Positions 1 to 10,126 of a stretch of DNA of 64,000 nucleotides are shown here, one piece after another (positions within the stretch are counted from its first letter, which is position 1; every line of letters starts with the position of its first letter). The notes under the pieces were generated by a model. That model made no database searches. It saw only the letters and a program-made list of their open reading frames with translations, and was not told the origin of the DNA. Origin of the DNA: Eubacteriales bacterium (lineage in GTDB: Bacteria; Bacillota; Clostridia; Oscillospirales; CAG-382); assembly GCA_045652625.1 (NCBI GenBank), contig JAZRUR010000041.1:16494-80493 (forward strand), in the 5' to 3' direction. Made by a program: the position numbers and the translations under genes.

Positions 1-866
1 GCGCAATTCTTTCTGTTGCCGATATTATTGCAGTACTGTATTCAGATGTTTTAAAATTCGATACAAACAACCCAAAATGGGATGAACGCGACCGTTTTAT
101 ATTAAGTAAAGGCCACGCAGGCGGTGCAGTATATGCCGCACTCGCCGAGTCTGGTTTTTTCGATATCGACGAACTTAAAACTCACTATCAAAACGGAAGC
201 AGACTTTCCGGTCATGTTTCTCATCATCTGCCCGGTGTCGATTTATCAACCGGGTCTTTAGGACATGGTTTATCCGCGGGTGTAGGAATGGCAATCGCTG
301 CTAAGAAGGACAACAAAAAGCATCGTATCTTTGTTGTTCTAGGCGACGGCGAATGTAACGAAGGATCAGTTTGGGAAGCAGCACAAGTTGCCGCGCACTT
401 CTCTCTTGATAACCTTGTGGCTATCGTCGATAACAACAAAATGCAAAGTCTCGACTATTGCGATAATACATTAAATTCCGGTTTCTTAACCGAAAAGTGG
501 GCCGCTTTTGGTTGGAATGCTTTAATGATCGATGGTCACGATCATAATTCTCTTCGTGATGCATTAAAGACCGCCCAAAATAAAAACGAAAAGCCTACCG
601 TTATAATCGCCGAAACAATCAAAGGTAATGGTGTATCTTTCATGGAGAGAGATATCCTTTGGCATTACCGCTTCCCTCACGACGGTTGGGAATACGATTG
701 CGCCGTTAACGAATTACATAGCATTAAACCCGATGGTGTTATTGATAGATATACGCCTAACGGAATAGAAAACCCAAAACTTCCTAATGAAAACGATATT
801 GAAGTCGGTATAAGTCATATCATGTCGGAAACCTATAAACCCACGTGGTACACTCGGGAGGCATAA
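1..866 (+). CDS. Transketolase, N-terminal (thiamine-diphosphate-binding) subunit; 5'-truncated by the window edge
   Basis: The frame starting at nt 3 is open to the stop at 864-866, so the listed ORF 288..866 is only its tail. The translation contains SKGHAGGAVYAALA, GSLGHGLSAGVGMA and the ThDP motif GDGECNEGSVWEA...VDNN. Confidence 0.9.
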   Translation, partial: AILSVADIIAVLYSDVLKFDTNNPKWDERDRFILSKGHAGGAVYAALAESGFFDIDELKTHYQNGSRLSGHVSHHLPGVDLSTGSLGHGLSAGVGMAIAAKKDNKKHRIFVVLGDGECNEGSVWEAAQVAAHFSLDNLVAIVDNNKMQSLDYCDNTLNSGFLTEKWAAFGWNALMIDGHDHNSLRDALKTAQNKNEKPTVIIAETIKGNGVSFMERDILWHYRFPHDGWEYDCAVNELHSIKPDGVIDRYTPNGIENPKLPNENDIEVGISHIMSETYKPTWYTREA

Positions 867-870
867 TAAA

Positions 871-1791
871 ATGAGAGATTCTTTTGTAAAAACACTCATA
901 GGCCTCGCACAAAAAGACCCGAATATCGAACTAATAACAGGCGACTTGGGTTTTGGAGTCTTGAAACCTTATTGGGAAATTATTCCTGACCAGTTTATTA
1001 ATGCAGGAATTGCGGAACAAAATATGACATCACTTGCCGCTGGTATGGCACTTGAAGGAAAAACGGTGTTCACATATTCTATCGGCAACTTCCCTACTCT
1101 TCGATGCGTTGAGCAAATCAGAAACGACTGCGCATATCACAATGCGAATGTAAAAATAGTCTGCATTGGCGGTGGCTTTGTATACGGTTCACTTGGAATG
1201 AGTCATCAAGCAACCGAAGATATTGCCATAATGCGCGCATTGCCCGATGTGGCTGTTTTTGCTCCTGCTGATCCATTCGAAACCGAAGCGGTAACAAAAG
1301 CGATAGCCAAATATTCAGGAACATGCTATTTACGTCTTGGAAGAGGCGGAGAGGAACCGATACACGAAAAACCGTTAACCGATTTTACTATAGGAAAAGC
1401 AATAAAAATTTTTGATGGCGAACGTGTTGCGATTTGTTCAACAGGTGCAATTTTTGACGAAGTCAAAAGAGCGCGTGATGAACTATCAACTTCGGGTATT
1501 ACACCTGCCGTTTACACATTTCCTACTGTAAAACCGCTTGATATTGAAACGATTTTAGAAATTGCACAAAATTATGATCTAATAGTTACCTGCGAAGAAC
1601 ATAACACCATCGGTGGTTTTGGAAGTGCTGTCGCAGAGGTTTTGGCAGAACACATTCATAAGGCGCGTTTGTTAAAAATTGGTGTGCCCGATTGTTATTG
1701 CACGTACGTTGGAAATCAAAAATTTTTGCGTGAACAATTTGATTTAGACGGTGCAAATATCGCGAAAAAAATTCTTGGTAATTTGAAATGA
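871..1791 (+). CDS. Transketolase, C-terminal (pyrimidine-binding) subunit
   Basis: 306 aa with GIAEQNMTSLAAGMALEG and a 1-deoxyxylulose/transketolase-like C-terminal half. It starts 4 nt after the N-terminal subunit gene, the typical split-transketolase pair. Confidence 0.9.
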   Translation: MRDSFVKTLIGLAQKDPNIELITGDLGFGVLKPYWEIIPDQFINAGIAEQNMTSLAAGMALEGKTVFTYSIGNFPTLRCVEQIRNDCAYHNANVKIVCIGGGFVYGSLGMSHQATEDIAIMRALPDVAVFAPADPFETEAVTKAIAKYSGTCYLRLGRGGEEPIHEKPLTDFTIGKAIKIFDGERVAICSTGAIFDEVKRARDELSTSGITPAVYTFPTVKPLDIETILEIAQNYDLIVTCEEHNTIGGFGSAVAEVLAEHIHKARLLKIGVPDCYCTYVGNQKFLREQFDLDGANIAKKILGNLK

Positions 1792-2879
1792 AAGTTTTAA
1801 TTCTTGCAAACCACTTTAATACTTTGCGCATTTTTAGACGCGAACTAATCAAGGCTATATCGCAAAACGGACATGAAGTAATAATATCAATCCCAACCTG
1901 CGATTCAGAAAACAAAAGCATATTAGAATCATACGGCGCACGTGTTGTGTTTACTGATTTTGACAGGCGCGGCATGAATCCTTTGAAGGATTATAAACTT
2001 TTTAAGAATTATAAGCGTCTAATCAAAGAAGAAAAACCTGACAAAGTCATTGCATATACAATCAAGTGCAATATTTACGGCGGACTTGCCGCCAACAAAT
2101 ATAAAATACCGCATTATGCTAATATTACAGGTTTGGGTTCTACATTCCAACAACAAAACTTAACCCGCAAGCTCGTTTCTTTGTTGTATAAGGTTTCGCT
2201 TAGAAATTCAAAAAAAGTGTTTTTCGAAAATGAAGGCAACAAAGACGCGTTGGTCAATGACGGCATTGTCAAATCCGAACAGTCGGTAATTATGCACGGT
2301 GCCGGAGTAAACCTTAAAGAATTCGCACCTATCCCATATCCTGAAGCAGATAGACCGTTGCGTTTTCTATTTGTAGGTCGTATAATGCGAGAAAAAGGTG
2401 TTGATGAATACTTTGAGGCTATTAAACGAATCAAAGTAGAGTATCCCTTTACCGAATTCAATTTTATCGGCTGGTATGAAGATAATTATGAAGCAACCGT
2501 AAAACAGTTGGAGAAAGATTCTTTAATACGTTTCCATGGTTTTCAAGCTGACGTCAAGCCGTTTATACAAAATGCACACTGCACAGTACTCCCCTCATGG
2601 CATGAGGGGATGTCCAACACCTTGCTGGAATCGGCCGCAATGTGCAGACCTTTGATCACAACCAATATTCACGGTTGCAAAGAAGCAGTAATAGAAGGAA
2701 CAAACGGCTTATTAACCGATGTGAGGAATAGCGAGAGCCTATATTCCGCGATTAAACGTTTCATCGAAATGCCTCAAATCGAGCGTTCACAAATGGGTTT
2801 AAATGGCAGAAAACACATGGAAGACTCATTTGATAAAGATATGGTCGTCAGGTTATCCTTAAAAGAGATTTTTTCGTAA
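1788..2879 (+). CDS. Glycosyltransferase, GT4 (GT-B, group 1) family
   Basis: 363 aa. The C-terminal EX7E-type motif is HEGMSNTLLESAAMCRPLITTNIHGCKEAVIEGTNGLL. Its ATGA overlaps the preceding stop. Confidence 0.85.
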   Translation: MKVLILANHFNTLRIFRRELIKAISQNGHEVIISIPTCDSENKSILESYGARVVFTDFDRRGMNPLKDYKLFKNYKRLIKEEKPDKVIAYTIKCNIYGGLAANKYKIPHYANITGLGSTFQQQNLTRKLVSLLYKVSLRNSKKVFFENEGNKDALVNDGIVKSEQSVIMHGAGVNLKEFAPIPYPEADRPLRFLFVGRIMREKGVDEYFEAIKRIKVEYPFTEFNFIGWYEDNYEATVKQLEKDSLIRFHGFQADVKPFIQNAHCTVLPSWHEGMSNTLLESAAMCRPLITTNIHGCKEAVIEGTNGLLTDVRNSESLYSAIKRFIEMPQIERSQMGLNGRKHMEDSFDKDMVVRLSLKEIFS

Positions 2880-2900
2880 TATTATTAGGAGCGTGGAACT

Positions 2901-4007
2901 ATGTTGAAAATTATGATACTCCTTGCAGTATCAATGTGCTTAGCCTATTGTTCACAACATGGCATATTGGTAGTTCCACTTACCCAAAAACGAAAACTCG
3001 ATATCCCGTTAATCGTTATGATTATTCTGCTAAGTTTAGTTGTCGGGTTAAGAACAAGTTATAACGATACATACATATACAGAGTCTCTTTTAATAATGC
3101 CTCCACTTTTAACGAATATATTAATTCATCCCCTGGACTTTTTGATAATCCCCTATTTTACGCATTTCAAAGTATCTTTAGACACTACATTTCTGCAAAT
3201 TACCACTTGTTCTTTATTGTGATAGCTTTTTTCACAATTGCAAGTTTTATTCGTTTCATACATAAATACTCACATAATTTCACTTTTAGTATTTTCCTGT
3301 TTTTTGCAATAGGGTTATATGTTTTTTGCATGGCCGCAATGAAACAATGCTTAGCAATGGCTATTTTATCATATGCAATTGACCACCTTATTAATGGAAA
3401 GTATATAAGATATTATTTGTTGTTGTTTCTCGCCATTCTTTTTCACGCGTTTGCTATTGTTTTTATCGTCTTGCCGCTTTTTACTCAAAAACCCTGGACT
3501 ATAACAACTTTTATTGTAATAGTTGGAATCGTTGCGTTTCTCTTCACTTTTGAATCCACCATCAATAGCGTTCTTTCTGTCGCTGAAGATGTCGGCAAAG
3601 ATATTAATGACGAGCAAGTGTTAGACACGGCAAGTATAAACCCATTTAGGTTAGCTGTATATTCCATACCAACAATCATCTCTTTTGTGTTCCAAGAACT
3701 CTTAAATAACAACTACTCTAAGTCGAAAAACATTTTCACAAATATGGCAATTTTGAGTTTTTTAATAATGGCTATCGGAATTTTTGGAGGTGCCAATATG
3801 TTTGGTCGAGCTGCCATATATTTTGACTTTGGTATGATTATTGTTGCTCCTTGGCTAATTGATGAAATTTTCGCAACCGAGTCGCGCAACCTTTCACACA
3901 TTTTTGTAGGCGGTTGCTATTTGGCTTTTTTTGCGTATATGGTTAAAGATTTTTCCTCTGCATATCACGCGATCAGTCTTATTGATTTTTTTCAAACGCT
4001 TATTTAA
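2901..4007 (+). CDS. EpsG-family polytopic membrane protein (Wzy-like repeat-unit polymerase candidate)
   Basis: 368 aa, very hydrophobic with about 10 predicted TM segments. It is rich in F/I/L/Y like EpsG/O-antigen polymerases, has an AGGAG RBS upstream and lies inside a glycosyltransferase cluster. Confidence 0.65.
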   Translation: MLKIMILLAVSMCLAYCSQHGILVVPLTQKRKLDIPLIVMIILLSLVVGLRTSYNDTYIYRVSFNNASTFNEYINSSPGLFDNPLFYAFQSIFRHYISANYHLFFIVIAFFTIASFIRFIHKYSHNFTFSIFLFFAIGLYVFCMAAMKQCLAMAILSYAIDHLINGKYIRYYLLLFLAILFHAFAIVFIVLPLFTQKPWTITTFIVIVGIVAFLFTFESTINSVLSVAEDVGKDINDEQVLDTASINPFRLAVYSIPTIISFVFQELLNNNYSKSKNIFTNMAILSFLIMAIGIFGGANMFGRAAIYFDFGMIIVAPWLIDEIFATESRNLSHIFVGGCYLAFFAYMVKDFSSAYHAISLIDFFQTLI

Positions 4008-4026
4008 TTATTAAGGGCTTATAATT

Positions 4027-5013
4027 ATGGTTTCAAAAATCAAAATCAGTGTTATTATTCCAGTCTACAATGTTGAGAAATATCTTGATGAATGTATCAT
4101 GAGTGTACTTAAGCAAGATTATGGCAATATTGAAATCATTCTTGTTGATGATGGTTCGACAGATAAATCCCCATTAATTTGTGATAAATACGCCAACGAG
4201 CATGCACATATCATGGTTATACACAAAGAAAACGGCGGTAGTTCCGATGCTAGAAATGCCGGTATTGCAATTGCCTCGGGTGATTATATAATATTTTTGG
4301 ACAGCGATGATTTTTGGAATGAAAGCAACGCTATATCTTGTCTAGTTAGAAGATTACACATTTTTCAATCAGATGTTTTAAACTTTTCATATACAAAGTT
4401 TTTCGAAGATACAAATAAGACCGAACCATACATAGATGCAGAAGACATGCCATTACCGACCAAACTCAAAGCCGAACAACTCCGGTATATTTTCAAAAAT
4501 AATCTTTATATAGCGTCGGCGTGGAATAAACTAATAAAGCGCGAATTGTTCGACCATGAACTCTTTTTTGAAGTTGGGGTTTATTCAGAGGATATAGAAT
4601 GGTGTGCCAAATTATTATCAAAAGCGCAATCGTTTGATTTTGTTTCGGTCAACTTTCATTATTATCGTCAGCATAGTCATTCCATTTCCCATACAATTAA
4701 TGATAAAAAGTGCAGTGATTTATGTAGTCATATCATTTCTTGTATTAGCATGGCACATAATGAAATTGACGAATGTGTAAAAAAATATCTATATAACTAT
4801 ATTTCATATCAATTTGGAACATTTTTCGTTGTTCAGGCACTTGCACAAAATGTCCAAAACATTTGTATAGAAAAGTTGAAATCGCACACTTGGATTTTAT
4901 CATATCACAACGGTAATAAAAAACTTATAGCATTGAATATTTTGTGCAAACTGTTGGGATATGTAAATACATGCAAAATAATACGATTATTATATAAAAA
5001 GCGGAGAAAATAA
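4027..5013 (+). CDS. Glycosyltransferase family 2
   Basis: GT-A signatures VIIPVYNVEKYL, LVDDGSTD and FLDSDDFW. Paralogous to the 8028..9014 product. Confidence 0.9.
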   Translation: MVSKIKISVIIPVYNVEKYLDECIMSVLKQDYGNIEIILVDDGSTDKSPLICDKYANEHAHIMVIHKENGGSSDARNAGIAIASGDYIIFLDSDDFWNESNAISCLVRRLHIFQSDVLNFSYTKFFEDTNKTEPYIDAEDMPLPTKLKAEQLRYIFKNNLYIASAWNKLIKRELFDHELFFEVGVYSEDIEWCAKLLSKAQSFDFVSVNFHYYRQHSHSISHTINDKKCSDLCSHIISCISMAHNEIDECVKKYLYNYISYQFGTFFVVQALAQNVQNICIEKLKSHTWILSYHNGNKKLIALNILCKLLGYVNTCKIIRLLYKKRRK

Positions 5014-5015
5014 CT

Positions 5016-5903
5016 ATGATTCCAATCACGGTTTTTACCCCTGCCTATAACCGTGCCGACCTGTTACCAAGGTGCTACGAAAGTATGCAGCGCCAAACGT
5101 GCAAAAACTTTATTTGGATGATAATTGATGACGGTTCTACGGACGGCACAAAAGAACTAGCGAATACTTGGATCGCCGAAAACAATGAATTTAAAATCCT
5201 GTATTTTTACAAAGAAAACGGCGGTTTGCATACTGCTTATAATGAGGCTATTGCCCATATTGAAACCGAATTATGCGTCTGCATAGATTCAGATGACTTT
5301 ATGCCGGACGACGCCATAGAGAAGATTTTGATGTTTTGGAATCTTAATGGCTCCGATAAATATGCCGGAATAGTCGGACTTGATTATACTTTAGATGGCA
5401 ACATCATCGGAGATAAACTTCCCGAACAAAAATCAATCAATTTAATAGATTTGTTAGTAGGCAAATACCCTATAGTTAATGGCGATCGAACCAATGTTGT
5501 TCGTACCGAACTTTATAAAAAGTTTGCTCCTATGAAAGTATTTCCGGGCGAAAAAAACTTCAATCCGCATTATCTACATTTACTGATCAGCCAAGAATTT
5601 GACTTTTTAATCATGAATGAAAATTTGAGGTTTGTCGAATATCAAGCAAACGGCATGACCAATTCAATGCTCAAGCAATATAGGAACAGTCCAAACAGTT
5701 TCGCCGAAATACGAAAACTATATTTAAGTTTCCCTAATACTCCTCTTAAATTCAAGTTAAAACACTCAATACATCTCGCTTCAAGTTTGATTTTGGCACA
5801 TAAATTAAAAAATATTAATAAATACTCTTCTCATAAACTCATTTCATTTATAACGATCCCCTTTGGTTATTTGTTATCTCTATATATAAAATCCAAAACA
5901 TAA
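5016..5903 (+). CDS. Glycosyltransferase family 2
   Basis: TVFTPAYNRA, IIDDGSTDGT and IDSDDFM motifs. Paralogous to the 9197..10093 product. Confidence 0.85.
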   Translation: MIPITVFTPAYNRADLLPRCYESMQRQTCKNFIWMIIDDGSTDGTKELANTWIAENNEFKILYFYKENGGLHTAYNEAIAHIETELCVCIDSDDFMPDDAIEKILMFWNLNGSDKYAGIVGLDYTLDGNIIGDKLPEQKSINLIDLLVGKYPIVNGDRTNVVRTELYKKFAPMKVFPGEKNFNPHYLHLLISQEFDFLIMNENLRFVEYQANGMTNSMLKQYRNSPNSFAEIRKLYLSFPNTPLKFKLKHSIHLASSLILAHKLKNINKYSSHKLISFITIPFGYLLSLYIKSKT

Positions 5904-5914
5904 AGGATTTCTGT

Positions 5915-7036
5915 ATGATTAAAGTCTTATTTTTAATACATGATTTATCAGTCGGCGGTGCAGAAAAAGTTCTCGTAAACCTTGTCAACAATATGGATAA
6001 GAACAAATTCGAGATAACCGTAATGTCATTGTTTGATGTAGGCGTTAATAAACAGTTTTTAAAAGATGATATCAAATACAAGGGTTGTTTCAAACACCTT
6101 ATCCCTGGTAATTCACATTATATGAAATTGCTCTCTCCTAAACGTCTATATAAATGGCTTATAAAAGATGATTATGACATTGTCGTTTCCTATTTGGAAG
6201 GACCTACAGCGAGAATCGTTGGCGGTGCACCGAACAATGTCAAGGTCGTTTCTTATGTTCATTCAACTTTGTCATCAAAAAAGGATATTGCACGTTCCTT
6301 CAGAAACTTTAAAGAAGCAAAGAAATGCTATGAACGTGCAAATATTATGGTGTTTGTATCCGAAACATTAAAAAACACTTTTCAAAAATCCTGTCCGACT
6401 CATAACAATATTGTTTTATATAACACCAATGAAACAAATGACATTATATTGAAGTCAAAAGAGGTTGTCGATCACACAGCATTTAAAGGTAATTCCTTTA
6501 ATTGGTGCGGTGTCGGCAAAGTCGTTTCTGCCAAGGGCTTTGATAGAATGTTGCGAATACAAAAACGGCTGTTAGACGACGGATACAGTGTCCACTTTCA
6601 TGCATTGGGCATTGGCGACCAATTGGATGAATTCAAAGATTGGTGCATAAAAAATAACATTATTGATGCTGTTACGTTTTGGGGATATCAAACAAATCCT
6701 TACAAATATGTTGCAAATTGTGACTTATATGTATGCGCTAGTTTTGCCGAGGGCTTTTCTACTGCAGCCACCGAGTCACTTATTGTCGGCACACCGGTTT
6801 GTACTGTCGAAGTTTCCGGTATGAAAGAAATGCTCGGTGATAACAACGAGTATGGAATAGTTACCGAAAATGATGAAGATGCCTTGTATTTTTCAATAAA
6901 AAAATTAATTGATGATCCTTCCCTCTTAGCGCACTATCGCAAAATGGCACTCGAACGAGGAAAGGTATTTAGCACAGAACGCACCGTAGCCGCAGTCGAA
7001 GATGTTTTGTATGATTTGTATATGAGGAAAAACTAA
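5915..7036 (+). CDS. Glycosyltransferase, GT4 family
   Basis: N-terminal LSVGGAEKVL and C-terminal SFAEGFSTAATESLIVGTPV (EX7E-like), typical of GT-B group 1 enzymes. Confidence 0.85.
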   Translation: MIKVLFLIHDLSVGGAEKVLVNLVNNMDKNKFEITVMSLFDVGVNKQFLKDDIKYKGCFKHLIPGNSHYMKLLSPKRLYKWLIKDDYDIVVSYLEGPTARIVGGAPNNVKVVSYVHSTLSSKKDIARSFRNFKEAKKCYERANIMVFVSETLKNTFQKSCPTHNNIVLYNTNETNDIILKSKEVVDHTAFKGNSFNWCGVGKVVSAKGFDRMLRIQKRLLDDGYSVHFHALGIGDQLDEFKDWCIKNNIIDAVTFWGYQTNPYKYVANCDLYVCASFAEGFSTAATESLIVGTPVCTVEVSGMKEMLGDNNEYGIVTENDEDALYFSIKKLIDDPSLLAHYRKMALERGKVFSTERTVAAVEDVLYDLYMRKN

Positions 7037-8028
7037 TGTCCGATTTCATATCTATTATAGTTCCCGTTTATAATACTGCCGATTTTCTTCCGCGTTGCTT
7101 GGACAGTATTATTAACCAAACATATAAAAATATAGAAGTTATTGCTGTTGATGACGGCTCAAGCGATAATTCGTTAGAAGTTTTATATAAATACGCAAAG
7201 CAATATCCACAAATACGTGTTATACACCAAGAAAATGCCGGAGTTACCGTTGCAAGAATACGCGGTATTAATGAAGCGAACGGAGCATGGATCGGGTTTG
7301 TAGATTCTGACGATTATATCGAACCCGATATGTATTTCGTCCTGTTAAATAATGCCTTGCTACATAATGCCGATATCTCTCATTGTGGTTACCGTATGGT
7401 GTTTAATGATGGCAGAGTAAATTTTTTCTACAATACAAATCAAACCATTGTACAAGATAATGAAAAAGGTATTATAGATCTTTTAGAGGGTACTATGGTA
7501 GAACCCGGTCTGTGTAATAAACTATTTCGAAAAGATCTATTGCACAAAGCCGTAAACAATTCTAACTTTGACAAAAGTATTAAAATTAATGAGGATCTTC
7601 TGCTGAACTTTTTTATTTTTAATCATTCTCATAAATCTGTATTTCTTGATATATGTCCATATCATTATATTGTACGGAATAATTCCGCATCACGACAAAA
7701 ACTTAATATCAATAAAATTTTTGACCCGATACGAGTTAGAGAATTGATTTTATCCAATTGTAACGAACACATTCACATATCACCAGTTGCAAAAAAGTCG
7801 TATATCAACTCTTGCCTCTACGCTTGTCATTCTATTCTTGTATATGATAAGAAAAAATTCAGCACCGAATTCGACGAAGTTAGACGAAAACTTAAATCCT
7901 CTAAAACTGAATTTTCGTTAATAGGTACCAAGCATAAGTATATGGCATACGGTGTGCTATACTTCCCTGTGCTCTACAGAATATTTTATAATTTCTTTAA
8001 AAATTTCAGAAACAAAAAATATGACTAA
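7036..8028 (+). CDS. Glycosyltransferase family 2
   Basis: SIIVPVYNTADFL, AVDDGSSDNS and FVDSDDYI motifs. The start overlaps the previous stop by 1 nt. Confidence 0.9.
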   Translation: MSDFISIIVPVYNTADFLPRCLDSIINQTYKNIEVIAVDDGSSDNSLEVLYKYAKQYPQIRVIHQENAGVTVARIRGINEANGAWIGFVDSDDYIEPDMYFVLLNNALLHNADISHCGYRMVFNDGRVNFFYNTNQTIVQDNEKGIIDLLEGTMVEPGLCNKLFRKDLLHKAVNNSNFDKSIKINEDLLLNFFIFNHSHKSVFLDICPYHYIVRNNSASRQKLNINKIFDPIRVRELILSNCNEHIHISPVAKKSYINSCLYACHSILVYDKKKFSTEFDEVRRKLKSSKTEFSLIGTKHKYMAYGVLYFPVLYRIFYNFFKNFRNKKYD

Positions 8029-9014
8029 TGGGTATTAACATGAAAGACGATCTTATTTCTATCATTGTTCCAATATACAAGGTTGAAAAATATCTAAATA
8101 AATGTATTGAAAGTATTGTCAATCAAACCTATAAAAATCTTGAAATCATACTCGTTGACGACGGTTCGCCCGATAACTGCCCTGCAATGTGCGATGAATG
8201 GGCAAAAAAGGATTCGAGAATCAAGGTGATACACAAAGAAAACGGCGGTCTTTCGGATGCTCGAAATGTTGGCATGGCAATAGCAACCGGCGATTACATC
8301 GGTTTCGTTGACAGCGACGATTGGATTCGCGAAGACATGTATAGTTTATTATATGAAGATATGCATGATAACAACAGTGATATTTCTGCATGTGGAGTTA
8401 CGTGCGTATACGATAATGAAACAGAGCCAACAATGTTGACTTCAACCGGTAAATATACATTTTCGACCGAAGAAGCAATGATTTCAATCATTAATGAAGA
8501 TATATTAAAACAACCGGTTTGGTATAAGTTATATAAAAGAAAAGTTATTCAAGATATTAGTTTTCCTGTTGGCAAATTGCATGAGGACGTTTTTTGGAGT
8601 TATCAAGCGATCGGAAACGCCAAAATCGTTTCTGTCTTTGATGAACCCTGCTACTATTACAGACAAAGAAATGATAGTATTATGGGATCAGTTTTTTCCA
8701 TGAAGCATTTTGATTCAATCGAAGCAAAATTATATCGAATCAATTATATTAAGGATAACTTCCCCAAACTAATCGCTTTGGCAAAATGCCAATTGTGGTT
8801 TTCATGTATCTATGCACTTCAAATGGGATTACTCCATTTAAATAAAGACGATTTTAAAAAAAGTGTAGGCATAGTCAAACAAGCGAGACAATATTGCATA
8901 CCGTTTGAAACTAAAAATATTTTAACTCCTAAGCAAAAACTTTGGTTGGCTCTTTCTAGAATTTCATTATTGTATACATCTAAATTGCGCAATTATTTGA
9001 AAATCGGATTTTAG
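8028..9014 (+). CDS. Glycosyltransferase family 2
   Basis: SIIVPIYKVEKYL, LVDDGSPDN and FVDSDDWI motifs. A TAATG start/stop overlap couples it to the upstream gene. An alternative ATG lies at 8040. Confidence 0.9.
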   Translation: MGINMKDDLISIIVPIYKVEKYLNKCIESIVNQTYKNLEIILVDDGSPDNCPAMCDEWAKKDSRIKVIHKENGGLSDARNVGMAIATGDYIGFVDSDDWIREDMYSLLYEDMHDNNSDISACGVTCVYDNETEPTMLTSTGKYTFSTEEAMISIINEDILKQPVWYKLYKRKVIQDISFPVGKLHEDVFWSYQAIGNAKIVSVFDEPCYYYRQRNDSIMGSVFSMKHFDSIEAKLYRINYIKDNFPKLIALAKCQLWFSCIYALQMGLLHLNKDDFKKSVGIVKQARQYCIPFETKNILTPKQKLWLALSRISLLYTSKLRNYLKIGF

Positions 9015-9125
9015 TAGGAAACATTTCTGAATCCTATATCAGACACAACATAAAAAACATTATTGCGAGCAACACAAAAAACATTTATCTAACAAAACTT
9101 TACCGAAAATAGCATTATTAAAAAA

Positions 9126-9161
9126 ACAATGGAATAGAATAACGTCTATTCCATTGTTTTG
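9126..9161 (+). terminator. Rho-independent terminator inside the glycan locus
   Basis: A perfect 13-bp stem pairs ACAATGGAATAGA (9126-9138) with TCTATTCCATTGT (9145-9157). The loop is 6 nt, followed by TTT and preceded by an A-run. Confidence 0.7.
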
Positions 9162-9196
9162 CGCAGAATTCTAGTGGTATTTGGGAAAAAACAAAC

Positions 9197-10093
9197 ATGA
9201 GAAAAATTACTGTTTTCACTCCAACATATAACCGTGCATACATAATAGAAACATTATTTAATTCTTTAAAACGGCAAACATTTACAAATTTCGAATGGTT
9301 AATTGTAGACGACGGCTCGACTGACAACACCGAATCTTTAATTAATTCGTATAAAAAACAAAACGTTCCTTTCGAAATTGTATATATTAAGCAAGAAAAC
9401 AAAGGAAAATGCCACGCAATTAATACTGGATTAGATAATGCAACCGGAAGATTATTTTTCACTGTCGATTCCGATGACTATTTGACCGACGATGCATTAG
9501 AAAAAATAATCAAATGGGAAAGTGAATTACCTAAAGAAATACCATTTTGCGGTTTAGCGGCAAATTCGGGCACGTTGAAATCAAAAACACCAAATAAAAT
9601 TTTTGAGACCGAGTATGTTGATGCAACGCTCTTGGAGCGTTACACCTACATTGACGGAGAACGCGCTTATATTTTTTATACTGATGTCCATAAACAATAT
9701 AAATATCCTGTTTTCGAGGGCGAAAAATTCATGACAGAAGCAGTAACATGGAACAGAATGGCGCACGACGGTTTCTTAATGAGATTTTTCAACGATATTA
9801 TTTTGATATACGAATATCAAGAGTCGGGTTTGACAAAATCCGGTTCATCCATTTTTTTGAATAATCCTCAAGGATATGGTCTATGGTTGCGCGAGAAATC
9901 CGAATTCATGAGACAAACATTCTTGCAAAAACTTCAAATGTTATATACTTTTTGTTGTGATCTATACCCTAAATATAATACAGAATTCATTGCCAAATGT
10001 ATAAATTATAGGCACATTTACGTCAAATTAATGATTAACATTAATAAAATCAAACGTTTCATTTTCAAATCAAATAAAGTTAAACACGAGTAG
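9197..10093 (+). CDS. Glycosyltransferase family 2
   Basis: TVFTPTYNRA, IVDDGSTDNT and VDSDDYL motifs. The gene ends in tandem stops TAG TGA. Confidence 0.85.
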   Translation: MRKITVFTPTYNRAYIIETLFNSLKRQTFTNFEWLIVDDGSTDNTESLINSYKKQNVPFEIVYIKQENKGKCHAINTGLDNATGRLFFTVDSDDYLTDDALEKIIKWESELPKEIPFCGLAANSGTLKSKTPNKIFETEYVDATLLERYTYIDGERAYIFYTDVHKQYKYPVFEGEKFMTEAVTWNRMAHDGFLMRFFNDIILIYEYQESGLTKSGSSIFLNNPQGYGLWLREKSEFMRQTFLQKLQMLYTFCCDLYPKYNTEFIAKCINYRHIYVKLMININKIKRFIFKSNKVKHE

Positions 10094-10126
10094 TGAATTA
10101 TAAATCAAAATTCAAAAGGTGAAGTT

